DNA of 63,788 nt, filler included, from Reclinomonas americana ATCC 50394 (Eukaryota), in assembly GCA_048213135.1 (NCBI GenBank). It is 9 parts of 9 records of this genome, joined end to end, with 100 filler letters (N's around TTAATTAATTAA, not from the genome) between each part and the next. Parts side by side here need not be neighbours in the genome. Positions count along the whole stretch, not along the records: positions 48,404 to 62,663 come from AFZH01018074.1; positions 62,764 to 63,788 come from AFZH01018082.1; 7 more parts are not named here. The stretch is one strand, 5' to 3'. A program made the position numbers and the translations under genes. Under the pieces are notes generated by a model. That model had not been told where the DNA came from and searched no databases. It saw only the letters and a list, made by a program, of their open reading frames with translations. This document shows positions 61,345 to 63,788 of this stretch, piece after piece; positions within the stretch are counted from its first letter, which is position 1; each line of letters opens with the position of its first letter.

Positions 61345-62649
61345 ATGAGCTCTCCTCGTGACGCCTTCTTCCAACGCTCACCTCTGATGCGTGCTGGCTC
61401 TGCGCCGTGCATCACACGAGCAGGAGGCGCAGGAGGCGCAAGTGGGAGTGGAGTGCACGCACTGTTGGAGGAGGACCCGATGGGGATGTTGCCACCGGCG
61501 GCCATGGGAGGAAGAGAGGTGAGAGAAGGAGAGAGAGAAGGAGGGAGAGGGAGGGAGGGAGAGAGAAGGTGCACACACACATTCGCTCACTGCGTTCTCT
61601 CTCTCTCTCTGTGTGTGTATGTGTGTTTCTCTCACACGCACTCACTTACACACGCACACATGCACTACTACATTCACTGCATTCATTCGCTCACTCACTC
61701 TCCTCTTGTCTCTCTCTCCCACTCACACTCACACTTACAATCCCACAGACATTCATCATTGGTGTTGCTGGCGGCACTGCGAGTGGCAAGACGACTGTGT
61801 GTCGCAAGGTGCGTCTCTCTCCCACCCTCCCACCCTTTCTCTCTCTCTCTCCTCCACTCAAGAGAGTGCACATACACAGATCATTCAGAAGCTGGCTAAC
61901 CGACGAGTGGTGATGATCACACTCGACAACTTCTACAAGCCGCTTTCGGCCGAGGAGCACGAGGCGGCAGTGAATCAGGCGTACAACTTTGATCATCCCG
62001 ATGGTGAGGGGCGCAGTCTCCCTTCTCGCCTGCTCGTCTTCCTCTTCTTCTCACCCCCGTGCGCCAGCCTTTGACTGGGAGCTCATCCGGGAGACGCTGT
62101 TGACTCTCAAGTCCGGCAAGCCCGTGTCGTATCCCGAGTATGACTTTGTCACGCACGGCCACAAGAGCGCCATGCATGAGATTCCCGCGTGCGATGTAAT
62201 CCTCTTCGAGGTCGGGTTGATTGCCTGTCTCTCTTTCGCCCGCTGCGTGTCCTCCGTTTGTGACTTGTGGGGTGTGGCGCGCGCAGGGTATCATGGCGCT
62301 GTATGACGAGCAGGTGCGCAACATGATGGACATGCAGATTTTTGTGGACACGGACCCTGATTTGCGACTGTCGCGAAGAGGTGCGTGTGTATGTATATGC
62401 CTTCTCTATCGCTTTCGGTGCCTAAAGTCGTGATGCAGTGCGGCGTGACATTTCCGAGCGCGGGCGCGACTTGGAGCAAGTGCTGACGCAGTATGAGAAG
62501 ACCGTGAAGCCCATGTACGAGACCTACGTCGAGCCAGTTGCGTGCTGACCGGCGATCCCACAAGCGCATGGAAGTACTCATGTTTGCGTCTGAGTGTGCA
62601 GACAAAACGGTACGCCGACATTATCATTCCTCGCGGTGGCGACAATGTC
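61345..62649 (+). CDS. Uridine-cytidine kinase (3' truncated by gap)
   Basis: [76 protein letters not shown]. Confidence 0.93.
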
Positions 62650-62811
62650 AGTTGCGTGATACCNNNNNNNNNNNNNNNNNNNNNNNNNNNNNNNNNNNNN
62701 NNNNNNNTTAATTAATTAANNNNNNNNNNNNNNNNNNNNNNNNNNNNNNNNNNNNNNNNNNNNTCGTTGGTTCGTGACTGACTAACGTGACTCTCCTTTC
62801 CTATCGCTGCA

Positions 62812-63738
62812 GGATCTGTGCGCTCCGGATTTCGTGCTGTGCGCCAGCGAGTTGCACCACTTGTGTCGGTGAGCAGCAGAGGGAAGATGTCCTTCTCTCT
62901 CGTTCTGCAAACGCACTCTCAAGACTCTCATGCAGTGAGCACGTGACGGAGGCTGGAGTGGATCTGTGTGGTGACGGCGTCACATCTCTGGCCACGGCGA
63001 AGGAAGTCGCTCGTCGATCTGTGCTGGCGTACGGCAGCGTGAAGGTCAGCTGCATGCTTTCATGCACAGTTGTTGTCGTGCTTACATGAGAGAGCACCAC
63101 AGATTACATGCCCACTGTGCCACGCGCCCATGGTTTATGTTGATCCTTTTGCTGTTTTCTTGCTGTTATCCTCACTGTGTATGGGGAACAGACGATCGGC
63201 GACTATTACCGCACACATGCCCTGTCGCAGTGCCCGTATGCATGCGAGAGATGTGGACAGCAGCTGACACTCGATCGCACGGCGGAGCATGAGTGGAGTG
63301 GATGCTTGCGAGATTGTCCACTGGGGTGTGGTGCAAGGATCGCGCTGAGTGAGATGGTGGAGCACAGCTGGAGCGGATGCATGCGAGTGTGTCCGCGCGG
63401 GTGTCAGCGCCAGTGTTCGCTGGCGGATATGCAGCGGCATCTTGGTGAGGGAGCTTGATAGAAAGAGGGATGTGTTATGACACTGATGTTCTCTTGTGCC
63501 AGAAACGGAGTGCAGGCTGCAGCACACAGTGTGTCGAGGTGGTGAACTGGGGTGTGGATGGCGTGGTGTAATTGGCGAGAGGGAGGAGCATGAGCGAGTG
63601 TGCGATGTGTTGCGAGTGGAGCGACCGCTGAGAGAGGCGAGTTGGAAGGATGAACGGCGGCACCAGCTGGTCATTCACGCTGCTCATATGTGCACAGCTG
63701 CATGGCCGAGTGCAAGAGCTGTCGCAGATGGTGGCTGA
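62812..63738 (+). CDS. TRAF-type zinc-finger protein, partial
   Basis: ITCPLCHAPM; repeated C..C/H..C units (CPYACERCG..EHEWSGC, CPLGCG..EHSWSGC, CPRGC); LGCGWRG..EEHERVC. Confidence 0.7.
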
Positions 63739-63788
63739 GAGTAGGGAGCAGCTGGCTCAAGAGAGAGAGGCAAGACAAGCTGAGAGTC

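Noticed and set aside
1..63788. Alternative genetic code, tRNA/rRNA genes, transposase or reverse-transcriptase ORFs
   Set aside because: The exons I traced translate without internal stops and end in standard stop codons. GTTCGA hits fall in coding or intronic sequence without cloverleafs. I saw no transposase or RT motifs.

Overview
A gene-dense, GC-rich eukaryotic (protist-like) nuclear scaffold. It is built from nine contigs separated by eight artificial 100-nt spacers (N44-TTAATTAATTAA-N44). Genes carry many short GT-AG introns (mostly ~55-100 nt) and the standard code fits every gene I traced, so the six-frame ORF track is mostly misleading; gene models were reconstructed by hand from splice sites. 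Recognisable genes: DDX10/DBP4, phosducin-like PhLP2, a kinetoplastid-type CBS-domain GMP reductase hosting an intronic C/D snoRNA, importin-11, polo-like kinase, CorA/ALR Mg transporter, CEPT/EPT, PAQR, RPP14, TFIP11, SV2/SVOP-like MFS transporter, a PH-domain protein with an acylation motif, MOCS3/UBA4, GCN1, GluRS, uridine kinase and a TRAF-type Zn-finger protein. The most interesting accessory items are: (1) a predicted secreted HAP2/GCS1 (fusexin)-like protein apparently lacking the fusion loop, domain III and TM anchor; (2) a predicted secreted amidoligase/actin-crosslinking-domain-like ligase; (3) an intron-containing phage-tail-fibre-like protein with a peptidase S74 autochaperone; (4) a WD40 gene with near-identical repeats and hypervariable top-face positions, bracketed by direct repeats; (5) a recurrent +1-shifted donor site GTTGCGT. 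All family calls come from remembered motifs, not database searches.
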